DNA of 64,000 bases from an uncultured Syntrophomonas sp. (GTDB lineage Bacteria; Bacillota; Syntrophomonadia; Syntrophomonadales; Syntrophomonadaceae): assembly GCA_964635975.1 (NCBI GenBank), contig CAZWPO010000017.1:970-64969 (forward strand). Direction: 5' to 3'. Both the position numbers and the translations under genes were made by a program. Of this stretch, positions 54,695 through 64,000 are shown piece after piece. The notes beneath the pieces were generated by a model that saw only the letters and a list, made by a program, of their open reading frames with translations, had not been told where the DNA came from and made no database searches. Every line of letters begins with the position of its first letter. Positions within the stretch are counted from its first letter, which is position 1.

Positions 54695-57295
54695 TCACCA
54701 GGGTTTCATGTCGTACCAGTTTGCCCCCATCTTCACCGACACCTCGAGAGGCACTGCCAGGGTGCAAGCACCCTCCATATCAATCTTTAAAAGGCTCGCA
54801 ACTTCTGGCAATTCTATTTTAGGGACCTCCAGGACCAGTTCGTCGTGCACCTGCAGCAAAAGCCGGGAGCGCAGTCCCATCTTCTGCAGGGATTTGAACA
54901 CTTTAATCATAGCCACTTTGATAATATCTGCCGAGCTTCCCTGAATCGGAGTATTTAGAGCCATCCTTTCAGCATTGGCTTTGACCATACGATTGCTGGC
55001 ATTCAGATCCGGCAGATAGCGCCGCCTCTTGAAAATGGTTTCCACATAACCCTGCTTGCGGCCTATTTCTACAATATCGCGCATATACTGTCTGACTCCC
55101 GGGTAGCTATCCAGGTAATTATCAATATAGAGCCTGGCCTCGGCGCGGCTGACTCCTGTATCCCTGGCCAGCCCAAACTCACTTATTCCGTATATAATTC
55201 CAAAGTTGACCGCTTTTGCGCGCCTGCGCAGGTCTTCGTCTACCTGGTCGATTGGCACGTGGAAGATTTCCGCGGCTGTACGCCGGTGTATGTCTATCCC
55301 CTGTTTAAAGGTTTCGATCAGCATCTCATCCTGGCTTATATGGGCCAGGCATCGCAGGTCGATCTGGGAATAATCAGCTGCTACCAACAACCAGCCTTCA
55401 TCACCTGGGACAAAGGCTTTACGTATTCTCCGCCCTTCTTCCATTTTAATTGGTATGTTCTGCAGATTCGGTTCCACACTGGACAGTCGCCCGGTAGCTG
55501 TTTGAGCTTGTTTAAAAATCGTATGCACCCGGCCGGTCCTTGAATGGATCAAACCCTGCAGGGCATCTACATAAGTAGATTTAAGCTTGGTCAACTGCCG
55601 GTAATTCAATATATGAGGTATTATCTGGTGATCATCATGCAATTCCTCCAGAACCTCCGCCCCGGTGGCATAGCCGGTCTTTGTCTTCTTAATGACCCGC
55701 AAACCCAGGTCCTCAAAAAGGACCTGCCCCAGTTGGCGGGGCGAATTAATATTGAAATCATGTCCGGCCATCATGAATATTTGCTGTTCGGACTGGCTTA
55801 TCCTATCCCCAAGTTCCACCGAAAGAGCTGACAGCGTGCTTTTCTCCACCTTCACCCCGCAGAATTCCATGCGGGCCAAAATATTAGAAACTGGCATCTC
55901 CATATCTTCGAGCAGTTCAATAAGCTCGACCGGCGTATCTTCCTGCATATGGCGGTACGCCTTCTGCAGATTATAGACCAGGAGATCTCTGCGTTCTTTG
56001 TCGATATGCAGATTTAGGTGCTTCAAAAATACAGCGGAAAGATCGTCCCCTACAAAAGCGGGATCGTTGACATAAGCAAGGAGCAGAGTGTCACCCGCCA
56101 CTCCCTTAATGTCTATGCCCCGGGTCATGAGCAAGACCTCAATGCTCTTGGAATTGTGCACAATTTTTTTTACGTCATCGCTTTCCAGCAGCGACCTCAG
56201 CCATTCCAGAGCATGCAGGTCCTTATCCATAGGAATATGGTAAACGATACCTTCCAACTCGATATATACTGCATGGAGATGCGCCCACATGGGATGGTGA
56301 TAATCGCTCACCAGTAGTAATCCGACGCTTTTGCCGCTGGCTTCTTTCCGAAGGGCAAAGATTTCATCCGCCCTACTTAAGGTTTTAAGTTCTGACTCCT
56401 CTAAAATCCCGTTCTCGGATTCCTGCGAGTCCAGCGGCAGTGCCTTTAAAAGGCTGAAAAACTCCAACTTCTTGAACAGCTTAACAACATTTTCACGATC
56501 CATTTTGCCGGGTCTAAAGCTATCCATATCACACTGAATATCCATGTCCCGGATGATAGTGGCCAGATGTCGGCTCAGATAAGCCTGTTCCTTAAATTGG
56601 CTGAGCTTATCGCGCAATTTGGCATTGACCACACTGTCTAGATTAGCGTAAAGATTATCCAGATTATGATACTCTTTGACCAGCTTTATAGCGGTTTTGG
56701 GGCCTATCCCCGGAACGCCGGGAATATTATCGGAAGAATCACCCATCAGGGCTTTTATCTCGATCATGAGGCCGGGACCGACTTCCCACTTTTCGAAGAC
56801 TTTATTTTCATCATAGGTTTCCATTTCCGTAATGCCTTTTCGGGTCATTAAGACCTGGGTAGCAGGGCCGACCAACTGCAGGGTGTCCCCATCGCCGGTA
56901 ACAATGACTGACCTGATACCCTGGACTTCCGCCTGTTTGCTCAGCGTACCGATTATGTCGTCGGCTTCAAAACCCTCAACTTCCATCCACTGTACTCCTA
57001 ATGCCGATAGAACCTGGCGCAGAAGGTCAAACTGGCCCCGCAGTTCTTCGGGGGGTTCGCTGCGGTTGGCTTTGTAGTCCTCATAGGTTTCACTGCGAAA
57101 AGTCTTCCTGGACTTGTCAAAGGCGACCAGCACCAGGTCAGGCTTCTCCTGAGCCACTACTCGATTGTACATGGTGAGGAAGCCGTATATACCATTGGTA
57201 AAAATTCCCTCCCGGGTATGCAGCAGTGGAAGAGCGTGAAAAGCCCTGAAGAGCAGGCTATTGCCGTCAATCAGCATCAATTTTTCTTTTATCAT
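54695..57295 (-). CDS. polA: DNA polymerase I
   Basis: 5'-nuclease N-terminus (LMLIDGNSLLFRAFHA), a degenerate 3'-5' exonuclease region, and a polymerase domain (DYSQIDLR, RRRAKAVNFGIIYG, QVHDELV). Confidence 0.95.
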   Translation of the reverse strand: MIKEKLMLIDGNSLLFRAFHALPLLHTREGIFTNGIYGFLTMYNRVVAQEKPDLVLVAFDKSRKTFRSETYEDYKANRSEPPEELRGQFDLLRQVLSALGVQWMEVEGFEADDIIGTLSKQAEVQGIRSVIVTGDGDTLQLVGPATQVLMTRKGITEMETYDENKVFEKWEVGPGLMIEIKALMGDSSDNIPGVPGIGPKTAIKLVKEYHNLDNLYANLDSVVNAKLRDKLSQFKEQAYLSRHLATIIRDMDIQCDMDSFRPGKMDRENVVKLFKKLEFFSLLKALPLDSQESENGILEESELKTLSRADEIFALRKEASGKSVGLLLVSDYHHPMWAHLHAVYIELEGIVYHIPMDKDLHALEWLRSLLESDDVKKIVHNSKSIEVLLMTRGIDIKGVAGDTLLLAYVNDPAFVGDDLSAVFLKHLNLHIDKERRDLLVYNLQKAYRHMQEDTPVELIELLEDMEMPVSNILARMEFCGVKVEKSTLSALSVELGDRISQSEQQIFMMAGHDFNINSPRQLGQVLFEDLGLRVIKKTKTGYATGAEVLEELHDDHQIIPHILNYRQLTKLKSTYVDALQGLIHSRTGRVHTIFKQAQTATGRLSSVEPNLQNIPIKMEEGRRIRKAFVPGDEGWLLVAADYSQIDLRCLAHISQDEMLIETFKQGIDIHRRTAAEIFHVPIDQVDEDLRRRAKAVNFGIIYGISEFGLARDTGVSRAEARLYIDNYLDSYPGVRQYMRDIVEIGRKQGYVETIFKRRRYLPDLNASNRMVKANAERMALNTPIQGSSADIIKVAMIKVFKSLQKMGLRSRLLLQVHDELVLEVPKIELPEVASLLKIDMEGACTLAVPLEVSVKMGANWYDMKPW

Positions 57296-57407
57296 CTTAA
57301 CACCCACCCTATGCACAAAAATCCGTCCTTATAATGATACCATTACTGAACCTCAAAAGAGAAAAGACTACTGCTTGACATCGCCTTTCAAAAATAAAGT
57401 CCAAAGG

Positions 57408-57456
57408 CAAAAGAATAAATCCCCTCAAAGCGCCAGGTGATCTGATGCTTGAGGGG
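57408..57456 (-). terminator. Intrinsic terminator after the anti-sigma gene
   Basis: The reverse strand reads CCCCTCAAGC-15 nt-GCTTTGAGGGG followed by ATTTATTCTTTT. Confidence 0.5.
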
Positions 57457-57541
57457 AAGGTCTACTGATCTTGTGTGCATTATCCTATATTCCACCGGCG
57501 GTAGAAGGGATCAATCCTGCGCCTAGTTGATTTATAAAACC

Positions 57542-57916
57542 TTATTCAAGGGTCTTTTTTCGCCAGCGATAAAAGCGGATCAGATCGCCTTTTTTTCTCC
57601 CTCCTACTCCCCTAGGGACAAGAGATCTAATCTTGCTGCTCATATCCGCCATCCATGGTTTATCAGGGGGGGGCTCATCCTGCAGGCGTCTTAACACGTC
57701 TTCCACAAATCCGACTGGTGCCTGGGGGCTGTTCATATTAGCCATCGCCCGGCGCAGCAACAGCATGTTATTAGCCATAAGGAGGCATGACGAGCAAACC
57801 GCCAAATGCTCCTCAACCAGAAGCGTTTCCTTTTCGTCGGTCATTTCGTCGATATATGGCGAGATAAGATCCCTGACCCTTTTGCACCTCAATAATAGCG
57901 CCCCCCGCTGCAACAC
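57542..57916 (-). CDS. Anti-sigma factor with an N-terminal zf-HC2 motif
   Basis: RCKRVRDLISPYIDEM...EEHLAVCSSC (Hx3Cx2C). A TTG at 57892 is a more likely start than the GTG at 57916. Confidence 0.7.
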   Translation of the reverse strand: MLQRGALLLRCKRVRDLISPYIDEMTDEKETLLVEEHLAVCSSCLLMANNMLLLRRAMANMNSPQAPVGFVEDVLRRLQDEPPPDKPWMADMSSKIRSLVPRGVGGRKKGDLIRFYRWRKKTLE

Positions 57917-57928
57917 CAGGGAATTGAC

Positions 57929-58495
57929 CTAACTGCTGATCCTGTCCCTAAACACTATGCGTGCCCTGCTCAGGCGCGATTTCACAGTGCCCACAGAACA
58001 CTTCAAAACGTCCGCAATTTCTGCATAACTAAGATCCATCATATCTCGTAACACTAAAATGGTTTTGTACTCGGGTTTCAGTTTGCTTAAAACACTCTGT
58101 ATGTATTCGGAATATTCCTTCCGCTCGTATATCGCATCAGCTCTGGGCGCAGGGTCAACCAGTTCTTTATCGACCTCCTCTCCATTCTGAACCTCCAGCG
58201 GTTCATCCAACGAAAGCGGTGTTATTCTGCGTTTTCTTCTCCTGAGTTCGTCTAGACAAACGTTGGTCGTTATCCGGTATAACCAGGTTCCGAAACTGGA
58301 ATTGCCTTTAAAGGTGCCAAGGGACCGGTAGGCTTTGAGAAACGCTTCCTGGGCCATATCGTAAGCATCCTGCTCGTTTCCCATGTACCTGTAAGCCAGT
58401 GTATATATTTTGTTCTGATAAATAACTACCAGTTCCCCAAATGCATCTGTATCACCTTGCAGGCTTCTTTTGAGCAATTGCTCCTCTGAAGTCAT
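57929..58495 (-). CDS. ECF-type RNA polymerase sigma-70 family factor
   Basis: Region 2 (YRYMGNEQDAYDMAQEAFLKAY) and region 4 HTH (SYAEIADVLKCSVGTVKSRLSRAR). AAGGAG RBS. Confidence 0.9.
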   Translation of the reverse strand: MTSEEQLLKRSLQGDTDAFGELVVIYQNKIYTLAYRYMGNEQDAYDMAQEAFLKAYRSLGTFKGNSSFGTWLYRITTNVCLDELRRRKRRITPLSLDEPLEVQNGEEVDKELVDPAPRADAIYERKEYSEYIQSVLSKLKPEYKTILVLRDMMDLSYAEIADVLKCSVGTVKSRLSRARIVFRDRISS

Positions 58496-58721
58496 AGGGT
58501 AATCTCCTTAAGCAGTCTATGAAGAAATTTTTTATCGCACCCCCTAAACGCATATTATACTTTATTTTCGCCGGTATAGTTCCATTTCCTCCATTTTTCA
58601 TTCTGTATAATAATAGCACTGCATGTGATAGTATCCTGAATTGGAGCAATCCCACCTCGCCTGCTTTTAGCTGGAAAACTCCAGCCACATTGTCTCCAAT
58701 TCCCCAAGCGCCTTTCGCTCC

Positions 58722-58750
58722 TTGACAACTCCGAAGAAGGCCATTATAAT
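58722..58750 (+). promoter_or_regulatory. Consensus sigmaA promoter TTGACA-17 nt-TATAAT for tRNA-Leu
   Basis: TTGACA at 58722-58727 and TATAAT at 58745-58750. The tRNA starts at 58778. Confidence 0.75.
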
Positions 58751-58777
58751 TAGGTTTGCATTGAAAATTCAGTTTAC

Positions 58778-58862
58778 GCCAGAGTGTCGGAATTGGCAGA
58801 CGAGCGCGACTCAAAATCGTGTGCCGCGAGGCGTGTGGGTTCGAGTCCCACCTCTGGCACCA
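58778..58862 (+). tRNA. tRNA-Leu (anticodon CAA), class II with a long variable arm and an encoded CCA
   Basis: Folded by hand. Acceptor GCCAGAG/CTCTGGC, anticodon stem CGCGA/TCGTG, loop CUCAAAA, variable arm GCCGCGAGGCG, T-arm GTGGG-TTCGAGT-CCCAC, discriminator A plus CCA. Confidence 0.9.
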
Positions 58863-58871
58863 AAGAAAAAT

Positions 58872-58899
58872 AGAGGGTTACAGCCCTCTTTATTTTTTT
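58872..58899 (+). terminator. Intrinsic terminator after tRNA-Leu
   Basis: AGAGGG-ttacag-CCCTCT followed by TTATTTTTTT. Confidence 0.7.
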
Positions 58900-59082
58900 C
58901 TCATTGCTTCACGAATTAATTTACATCCAATTTTACAGCCAATTTAAAAATCAAGCATTCGAATTGATCGTCCTTTGTTCATTAAGGCCCACTTCTAGTA
59001 AATGAAGGAATGTGTAGAAGAATGTTGAAGTAAAAATAAAGATAAAGCGTTTCCGCCTTAAAAATTATAGAGGTTCACTTTA

Positions 59083-59919
59083 ATGGTAGATTTCTTAATC
59101 GAACATTGGTTTATAACAGCGGTTATTATTGCAATCGTGATATACGTTTTAAATTCGGAAGGTTCATCTCGCCAGAGCTTTGAGCAACGCCAGTTGAATG
59201 ATATAAAATTTAGAGCTGATTATTTACGCAAAGCAGAAATTGGAAAACTAATTGAATTTAAATTGACAAAGATTCATAATTTGCTCTTACTATCTCCATC
59301 TGACTTTCAAGATGCGGTTATTCACATGTATTCTGAGCTAGGTTATGAAGTAACTCATCCCCTTCATATCAATAACAAGGGTAAGAATGCAATACTCATA
59401 AAGGATGGAAAGAAGTACTTAGTCGAATGCAAACGTTGGGATTTGGCTAAAAAGGTTGGCCGACCTGACCTAATGAAGTTTTTTGCAGCAATTAAGGAAG
59501 AAAGAGCTGAAAAGGGATTTTTAATAACAACTGGACAATTCACAAGTACCGCCTATGAATATGCTTCTAAAAACCAAATTGAGCTGGTTGATGGATACAA
59601 ACTTGTAGATTTAATGAAAACTACTTTTCACGAAAAGGTTGATGATATTCAGATCAAGCTTATGTGCCAACAGTGCGGTGATATAGTTAATTTTAATCTT
59701 TCGGATGAAGGGACTGCTGGATTATGTAAGAAAGGCCATCAAGTAGAATTTAAGCTAAAATCTTGGGAGCTATCACCATCAGAGCTAAAGATTAGGCAAT
59801 ATTGTCCAAGGTGCGGTGGCACGCTTAAACTTCGGACTGGTAAATACGGTGAATTTTGGGGTTGCAGCAATTTTAATAAAAGAAATAGATGTACATATAC
59901 TAAACCGATAAATAAGTAA
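59083..59919 (+). CDS. Membrane-anchored restriction-endonuclease-fold (Mrr_cat-type) protein with C-terminal topoisomerase-type C4 zinc fingers
   Basis: N-terminal TM (WFITAVIIAIVIYVL). Nuclease core SPSDFQDAVIHMYSELGYEV...GKNAILIKDGKKYLVECKRW...GFLITTGQFTS. Zinc fingers CQQCG...CKKGH and CPRCGGTLKLRTGKYGEFWGCSNFNKRNRC. Confidence 0.7.
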   Translation: MVDFLIEHWFITAVIIAIVIYVLNSEGSSRQSFEQRQLNDIKFRADYLRKAEIGKLIEFKLTKIHNLLLLSPSDFQDAVIHMYSELGYEVTHPLHINNKGKNAILIKDGKKYLVECKRWDLAKKVGRPDLMKFFAAIKEERAEKGFLITTGQFTSTAYEYASKNQIELVDGYKLVDLMKTTFHEKVDDIQIKLMCQQCGDIVNFNLSDEGTAGLCKKGHQVEFKLKSWELSPSELKIRQYCPRCGGTLKLRTGKYGEFWGCSNFNKRNRCTYTKPINK

Positions 59920-59975
59920 AAATACACCAGAGAGAACTAAATTAGCCAATTTTAATATGCGTACGGAGTTTAATC

Positions 59976-62732
59976 ATGAACCAAAATCCGGAGCAAAGTG
60001 CAAGAGACAATATAGACAAGCAGCTCAGGGAATGCGGGTGGTTGATTCAAGATATGAAGGGAATCAGACTGCAGGCAGGCTTGGGTGTTGCTGTACGCGA
60101 GTATCCCACTGATCAGGGTCCAGCTGATTACATTCTCTTCGTTGAGGGCAAGCCGGTCGGAGTTATTGAGGCTAAACGTGAAGATTCTGGATTTAAACTG
60201 ACTACAGTTGAGGAACAGTCAGGCAAATATGCAGCCAGCAAATTAAAATATCTAAATAATGAACCTCTGCCCTTCATATATGAAAGCACCGGTGTGATTA
60301 CTCACTTCACCGACTGCCGTGATCCAAAACCCAGAGCCCGAGAAATCTTTACCTTCCACCAACCCGAAACCCTCCGGGACTGGCATAGAGCTAAAAAATC
60401 TTTACGCCAGAGCCTGCAAAACCTGCCTCTGCTTGATAACCAGGGTTTTCGTGAATGCCAGGTGAATGCCATTGCCAATTTGGATATTTCGTTTAAAGAC
60501 AATCGTCCCCGGGCCCTGGTTCAGATGGCTACCGGAGCCGGAAAAACCTTTACTGCTATTACAGCAATTTACCGTTTGCTGAAATTTGCCAATGTTAAAC
60601 GGGTTCTTTTCCTGGTGGATACCAGAAACCTAGGAGAACAGGCTGAGCAAGAATTCATGGCCTACCTTCCTAATGATGACAACCGCAAATTTACCGAGCT
60701 TTATAATGTTCAGCGTCTAAAATCCAGCTATGTGGCTACCGACAGCCAGGTCTGCATCAGCACCATTCAGCGCCTCTACTCGATTCTTAAGGGAGAGGAG
60801 CTAGAAGAGTCCGCCGAGGAGAATAACCCCGCTGAGTCCCGCTGGAATAAACGAGAGCCGGTGCCGGTAGTATATAACCCCAGACTCCCTATTGAGTTCT
60901 TTGACGTAGTGATAATCGATGAATGCCACCGCAGCATTTATAATCTCTGGAAGCAGGTATTGGATTATTTCGATGCCTTTTTAATCGGACTAACTGCAAC
61001 CCCTGACCAGCGCACCTTTGGCTTCTTCAACCAGAATGTGGTCAGCGAGTATACCCATGAAGAAGCGGTAGCTGATGGAGTTAATGTTGGGTATGAAGTC
61101 TTTATCATAGAGACCGAAATCAGCAGAAAAGGCTCCGCTATCTGGCAGGGAGAATGGGTAGATCGGCGCGAGAAGCTTTCCCGCAGGAAACGGTGGGAAC
61201 AATTAGATGAGGACTTTTCGTATAGCGGCAAGGATCTGGATAAAGAAGTTGTCAATCCAAGCCAGATCCGAGCAGTTGTCCGGACTTTCAAGGAAAGGTT
61301 GTCTGAGATCTTTCCGGATAGAAAAGAGGTGCCAAAGACTCTGATATTTGCCAAGGACGATAGCCATGCTGATGATATCATCCAAATTGTCAGAGAGGAT
61401 TTCGCTGAAAGCAATCAGTTCTGCAAGAAGGTTACTTATAAAACAGAGGAAGATCCGAAGTCGATCTTGGCGCAATTTCGTAATGATTATTATCCCCGCA
61501 TTGCCGTAACGGTAGATATGATCGCTACCGGTACTGATGTGCGCCCCTTGGAATGCTTGATTTTCATGCGCGATGTTAAGAGCAAGAACTACTTCGAGCA
61601 GATGAAAGGCCGCGGGACCAGGATTATTACTCTGGATGATTTGCGTAAGGTGACACCTTCGGCCACCTATACCAAAGACCATTTTGTCATCATTGATGCC
61701 GTGGGTGTGACCAAATCCACTAAGACTGATAGCCGCCCTCTGGACCGCAAGCCCGGTGTGCCGTTAAAAGACCTATTGACTGCCGTAGCGGTAGGTGCGC
61801 GCGATGAAGATCTTTTTACTACCCTGGCCGGACGCCTGGCTCGATTGGAGCAGATACTAACACCTCAAGAAAAGGAGCAGTTTTCGGAAAAAGCCCATGG
61901 CAAGAGTATAAACCAGGTGGTAAAAGCCTTGCTGGGCGCTTACGATCCAGACGCCGTTGAGAGCCGAGCCCTGTCTGATCTTGTGCTTCCGCCTAACCAG
62001 TCGCCTGGAGAAGCACAGCTGTCGGCAGCACAGGAGACGCTTATAAAGATCGCTGCCGCACCATTTTCGGGAGAGCTAAATGCCTTTATAGAAAACGTTC
62101 GCAAGATTCATGAACAGGTTATAGATAATACTAACATCGATACGGTAGAATTTGCTGGGTGGGATATAGAAGTTAAGGACAAAGCATTTGAGCTTCTGCA
62201 GGATTTTAAATCCTATCTGGAGGCTCATAAGGATGAGATTACCGCCCTGCAAATTTATTATAGCCAGCCCTATCGCCGGCGAGAGATAACGGAGAAGATG
62301 ATAAAAGAAGTACTGAACCTGATTAAAGCAGACAAGCCGGCTCTTGCCCCTTTGCGGGTCTGGAAAGCCTACGAACAGCTTGATAACACAAGCAGAAGCT
62401 CTCCTAAAACTGAGCTTACTGCCCTGGTAGCTTTGATAAGGCGGGTGATCGGAATTGATGAAGTCCTTACCCCATATGACAAGACCGTGGACCGCAATTT
62501 CCAGGATTGGATCTTTAAGAAGCATGCCGGGGCTGGAGAAAAATTCACGGAGGAACAGATGGCCTGGCTGCGCATGATGAAGGACCAAATAGCGATTTCA
62601 TTCCACTTGGAAAGAGAAGATTTCGATTACGATCCATTCAATGCCCAGGGCGGCCTCGGAAAAGCCTGGCAGCTTTTCGGGGATAAAACGGATGAGATTA
62701 TTCAAGAGTTGAATGAGGTATTGGTGGCTTAG
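59976..62732 (+). CDS. hsdR: Type I restriction enzyme R subunit (EcoEI-like, with C-terminal EcoEI_R_C-type domain)
   Basis: 918 aa. N-terminal HSDR_N-like region (ARDNIDKQLRECGW...PADYILF), helicase motif I QMATGAGKT, motif II VIIDECHRS, and later motifs LTATP and TVDMIATGTDV. Confidence 0.9.
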   Translation: MNQNPEQSARDNIDKQLRECGWLIQDMKGIRLQAGLGVAVREYPTDQGPADYILFVEGKPVGVIEAKREDSGFKLTTVEEQSGKYAASKLKYLNNEPLPFIYESTGVITHFTDCRDPKPRAREIFTFHQPETLRDWHRAKKSLRQSLQNLPLLDNQGFRECQVNAIANLDISFKDNRPRALVQMATGAGKTFTAITAIYRLLKFANVKRVLFLVDTRNLGEQAEQEFMAYLPNDDNRKFTELYNVQRLKSSYVATDSQVCISTIQRLYSILKGEELEESAEENNPAESRWNKREPVPVVYNPRLPIEFFDVVIIDECHRSIYNLWKQVLDYFDAFLIGLTATPDQRTFGFFNQNVVSEYTHEEAVADGVNVGYEVFIIETEISRKGSAIWQGEWVDRREKLSRRKRWEQLDEDFSYSGKDLDKEVVNPSQIRAVVRTFKERLSEIFPDRKEVPKTLIFAKDDSHADDIIQIVREDFAESNQFCKKVTYKTEEDPKSILAQFRNDYYPRIAVTVDMIATGTDVRPLECLIFMRDVKSKNYFEQMKGRGTRIITLDDLRKVTPSATYTKDHFVIIDAVGVTKSTKTDSRPLDRKPGVPLKDLLTAVAVGARDEDLFTTLAGRLARLEQILTPQEKEQFSEKAHGKSINQVVKALLGAYDPDAVESRALSDLVLPPNQSPGEAQLSAAQETLIKIAAAPFSGELNAFIENVRKIHEQVIDNTNIDTVEFAGWDIEVKDKAFELLQDFKSYLEAHKDEITALQIYYSQPYRRREITEKMIKEVLNLIKADKPALAPLRVWKAYEQLDNTSRSSPKTELTALVALIRRVIGIDEVLTPYDKTVDRNFQDWIFKKHAGAGEKFTEEQMAWLRMMKDQIAISFHLEREDFDYDPFNAQGGLGKAWQLFGDKTDEIIQELNEVLVA

Positions 62733-62735
62733 CAG

Positions 62736-64000
62736 ATGGCAATTAATATTTTAGGCGATAGTTTTTCGCCACAGTGGCGCTTATGCGAACTTTCAGACAT
62801 ATCAGAAATAACGATGGGCCAATCCCCTTCTTCAAGTACCTATAATTATGAGGGTATAGGCTTGCCATTCTTTCAAGGTAAAGCAGAATTTTCTGATATT
62901 CACCCAATAGTTGAGAAATGGTGTAACCAACCCAATAAAATTGCTGAACCTGATGATATTTTGCTATCCGTTAGAGCGCCGGTTGGTTCAGTTAATATTG
63001 CCGATCAAACATGTTGCATAGGCCGTGGTTTGGCTGCAATCAAATATCATCAATGCAACAAATGGGTATATTATTATTTTAAACTTATTGAGAAAAAGTT
63101 AGATGAACATGGAACTGGTACTACCTTCAGAGCAATATCCCGTGAAATAACGCGGTCATTAGTTATTCCTATCCCTCCTCTTCCCGAACAGCGCCGCATC
63201 GTGGCAAAAATAGAAGAGCTTTTCAGTGAATTGGGCAAAGGTGTTGAGCTACTAAAAACCCTCCAGCAACAGTTAAAAGTCTACCGCCAGTCGGTCCTCA
63301 AATCGGCATTTGAAGGGAAGCTGACGGAAGAATGGCGAAAAGGTTATAGCTCATTAAATGATAATCACTCAATTAAACCGCCGCTTGTTAACAAAGCAAA
63401 AGCCATAGCAGTTATCCCTGATATACAATTACCATCCGGTTGGGTGTGGGTGGTAAGCGGAGATCTCTTTGATTTTGTTACAAGTGGATCACGGGGATGG
63501 GCTAAATATTATTCTGATTCAGGGGCCATTTTTATCCGTATAACCAACTTGGATTTTGATAGTTTAGAATTAGATCTCAATGGCAACATACAGTATGTCA
63601 CCCCCCCGTCTGGTTCTGAAGGAATCAGGACTAGAGTCATGGAAGGTGATTTTCTATTTTCTATAACTGGATACTTAGGTATGTTTGCTATAGCACCCAC
63701 ACTAGAGGAAGCTTACGTTAACCAGCATATTGCATTATGTAGACCTATTCCAGGGTTTAATAAAAAGTATCTGGGTTATTGGATAATATCAAAGTCGGGA
63801 GGTTATCACTACTTAAATCTGCTTCAAAAGGGCGCAACGAAGGCCGGGTTAGGCTTAGATGATATCAGGAGCTTCCCAGTACCTATATGTTCCTTAGAAG
63901 AACAACAACTAATAGTCCAGGAAATCGAATGCAGGCTTTCTGTTGCCGATAAACTTGATGAAATCATAGAGCAAACCCTGCAACAGGCTATAGCACTGCG
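62736..64000 (+). CDS. hsdS: Type I restriction-modification specificity subunit; the 3' end runs off the window
   Basis: Not in the track. ATG at 62736 is 4 nt after the hsdR stop, and the frame stays open to the window end. TRD1 ...MGQSPSSSTYNYEGIGLPFFQGKAEF...; central conserved helix PPLPEQRRIVAKIEELFSELGKGVELLKTLQQQLKVYRQSVLKSAF; TRD2; a second conserved region SLEEQQLIVQEIECRLSVADKL. Confidence 0.85.
   Translation, partial: MAINILGDSFSPQWRLCELSDISEITMGQSPSSSTYNYEGIGLPFFQGKAEFSDIHPIVEKWCNQPNKIAEPDDILLSVRAPVGSVNIADQTCCIGRGLAAIKYHQCNKWVYYYFKLIEKKLDEHGTGTTFRAISREITRSLVIPIPPLPEQRRIVAKIEELFSELGKGVELLKTLQQQLKVYRQSVLKSAFEGKLTEEWRKGYSSLNDNHSIKPPLVNKAKAIAVIPDIQLPSGWVWVVSGDLFDFVTSGSRGWAKYYSDSGAIFIRITNLDFDSLELDLNGNIQYVTPPSGSEGIRTRVMEGDFLFSITGYLGMFAIAPTLEEAYVNQHIALCRPIPGFNKKYLGYWIISKSGGYHYLNLLQKGATKAGLGLDDIRSFPVPICSLEEQQLIVQEIECRLSVADKLDEIIEQTLQQAIAL

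Noticed and set aside
58452-58919. Track ORFs 58452-58814 (-), 58519-58725 (+) and 58722-58919 (+)
   Set aside because: They overlap the sigma-factor 5' region, a consensus promoter, the tRNA-Leu gene and its terminator. The tRNA fold is unambiguous.
58863-59082. Integrase gene or att direct repeat marking a mobile island next to tRNA-Leu
   Set aside because: No integrase-like ORF and no copy of the tRNA 3' end are visible between 58863 and 64000. Island status therefore rests only on composition and gene content, and it is reported as a hypothesis.

Overview
This window looks like a 64-kb chromosomal segment from an anaerobic, spore-forming Firmicute. That placement is an inference from gene content: YtaF, DUF1540, copper-amine-oxidase-N-domain surface proteins and sigma54-controlled catabolic operons. 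No taxonomic search was possible. I call about 58 protein genes and one tRNA. I found no rRNA, CRISPR array, IS element or integrase.

Layout from left to right:
- 1-2906: an Fe-S/flavin oxidoreductase pair. The first gene is truncated by the window edge and is missing from the ORF track.
- 3081-7722: an organoarsenical-type cluster with arsM, a MarR regulator, two DGC-domain proteins, arsR, a thioredoxin-like protein and arsP. A 66-bp relic of a second arsP copy lies next to arsM.
- 7847-11437: a quinone reductase, a PP-loop ATPase and a secreted protein.
- 11620-19473: a sigma54-driven hbd-thiolase-acyl-CoA dehydrogenase operon with two CoA-transferase genes, plus its activator.
- 20107-26936: an orphan ABC ATPase, then a second sigma54-driven operon (thiolase-like, UbiD, BsdD-like, UbiX) with a CBS/PAS activator.
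- 27083-39455: an envelope region with a MOT-type transporter, Mug, an FN3 protein, a beta-propeller protein, DUF1540, a processive GT2 synthase, a PilZ receptor, an acidic membrane protein, a PRC-barrel protein carrying a (Gly-Asn)18 tract, and VanW.
- 39511-58495: housekeeping genes, including typA, lepB, coaE, ytaF, mutM, polA and an ECF sigma/anti-sigma pair.
- 58778-64000: tRNA-Leu(CAA) followed by a more AT-rich island with a membrane-anchored Mrr-type nuclease/zinc-finger protein and type I restriction genes hsdR and hsdS. The hsdS gene runs off the right edge.

Most interesting items:
- The sigma54-controlled thiolase-like + UbiD/BsdD/UbiX operon.
- The GT2/PilZ neighbourhood.
- The DGC-containing arsenic-type cluster and its permease relic.
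- An ATT-initiated mutM.
- A 24-nt motif repeated after polA and after mutM.
- The tRNA-Leu-linked defence island.

All functional calls come from reading motifs in the translations by eye. No database search was run, and start codons were chosen by inspecting ribosome-binding sites (RBS).
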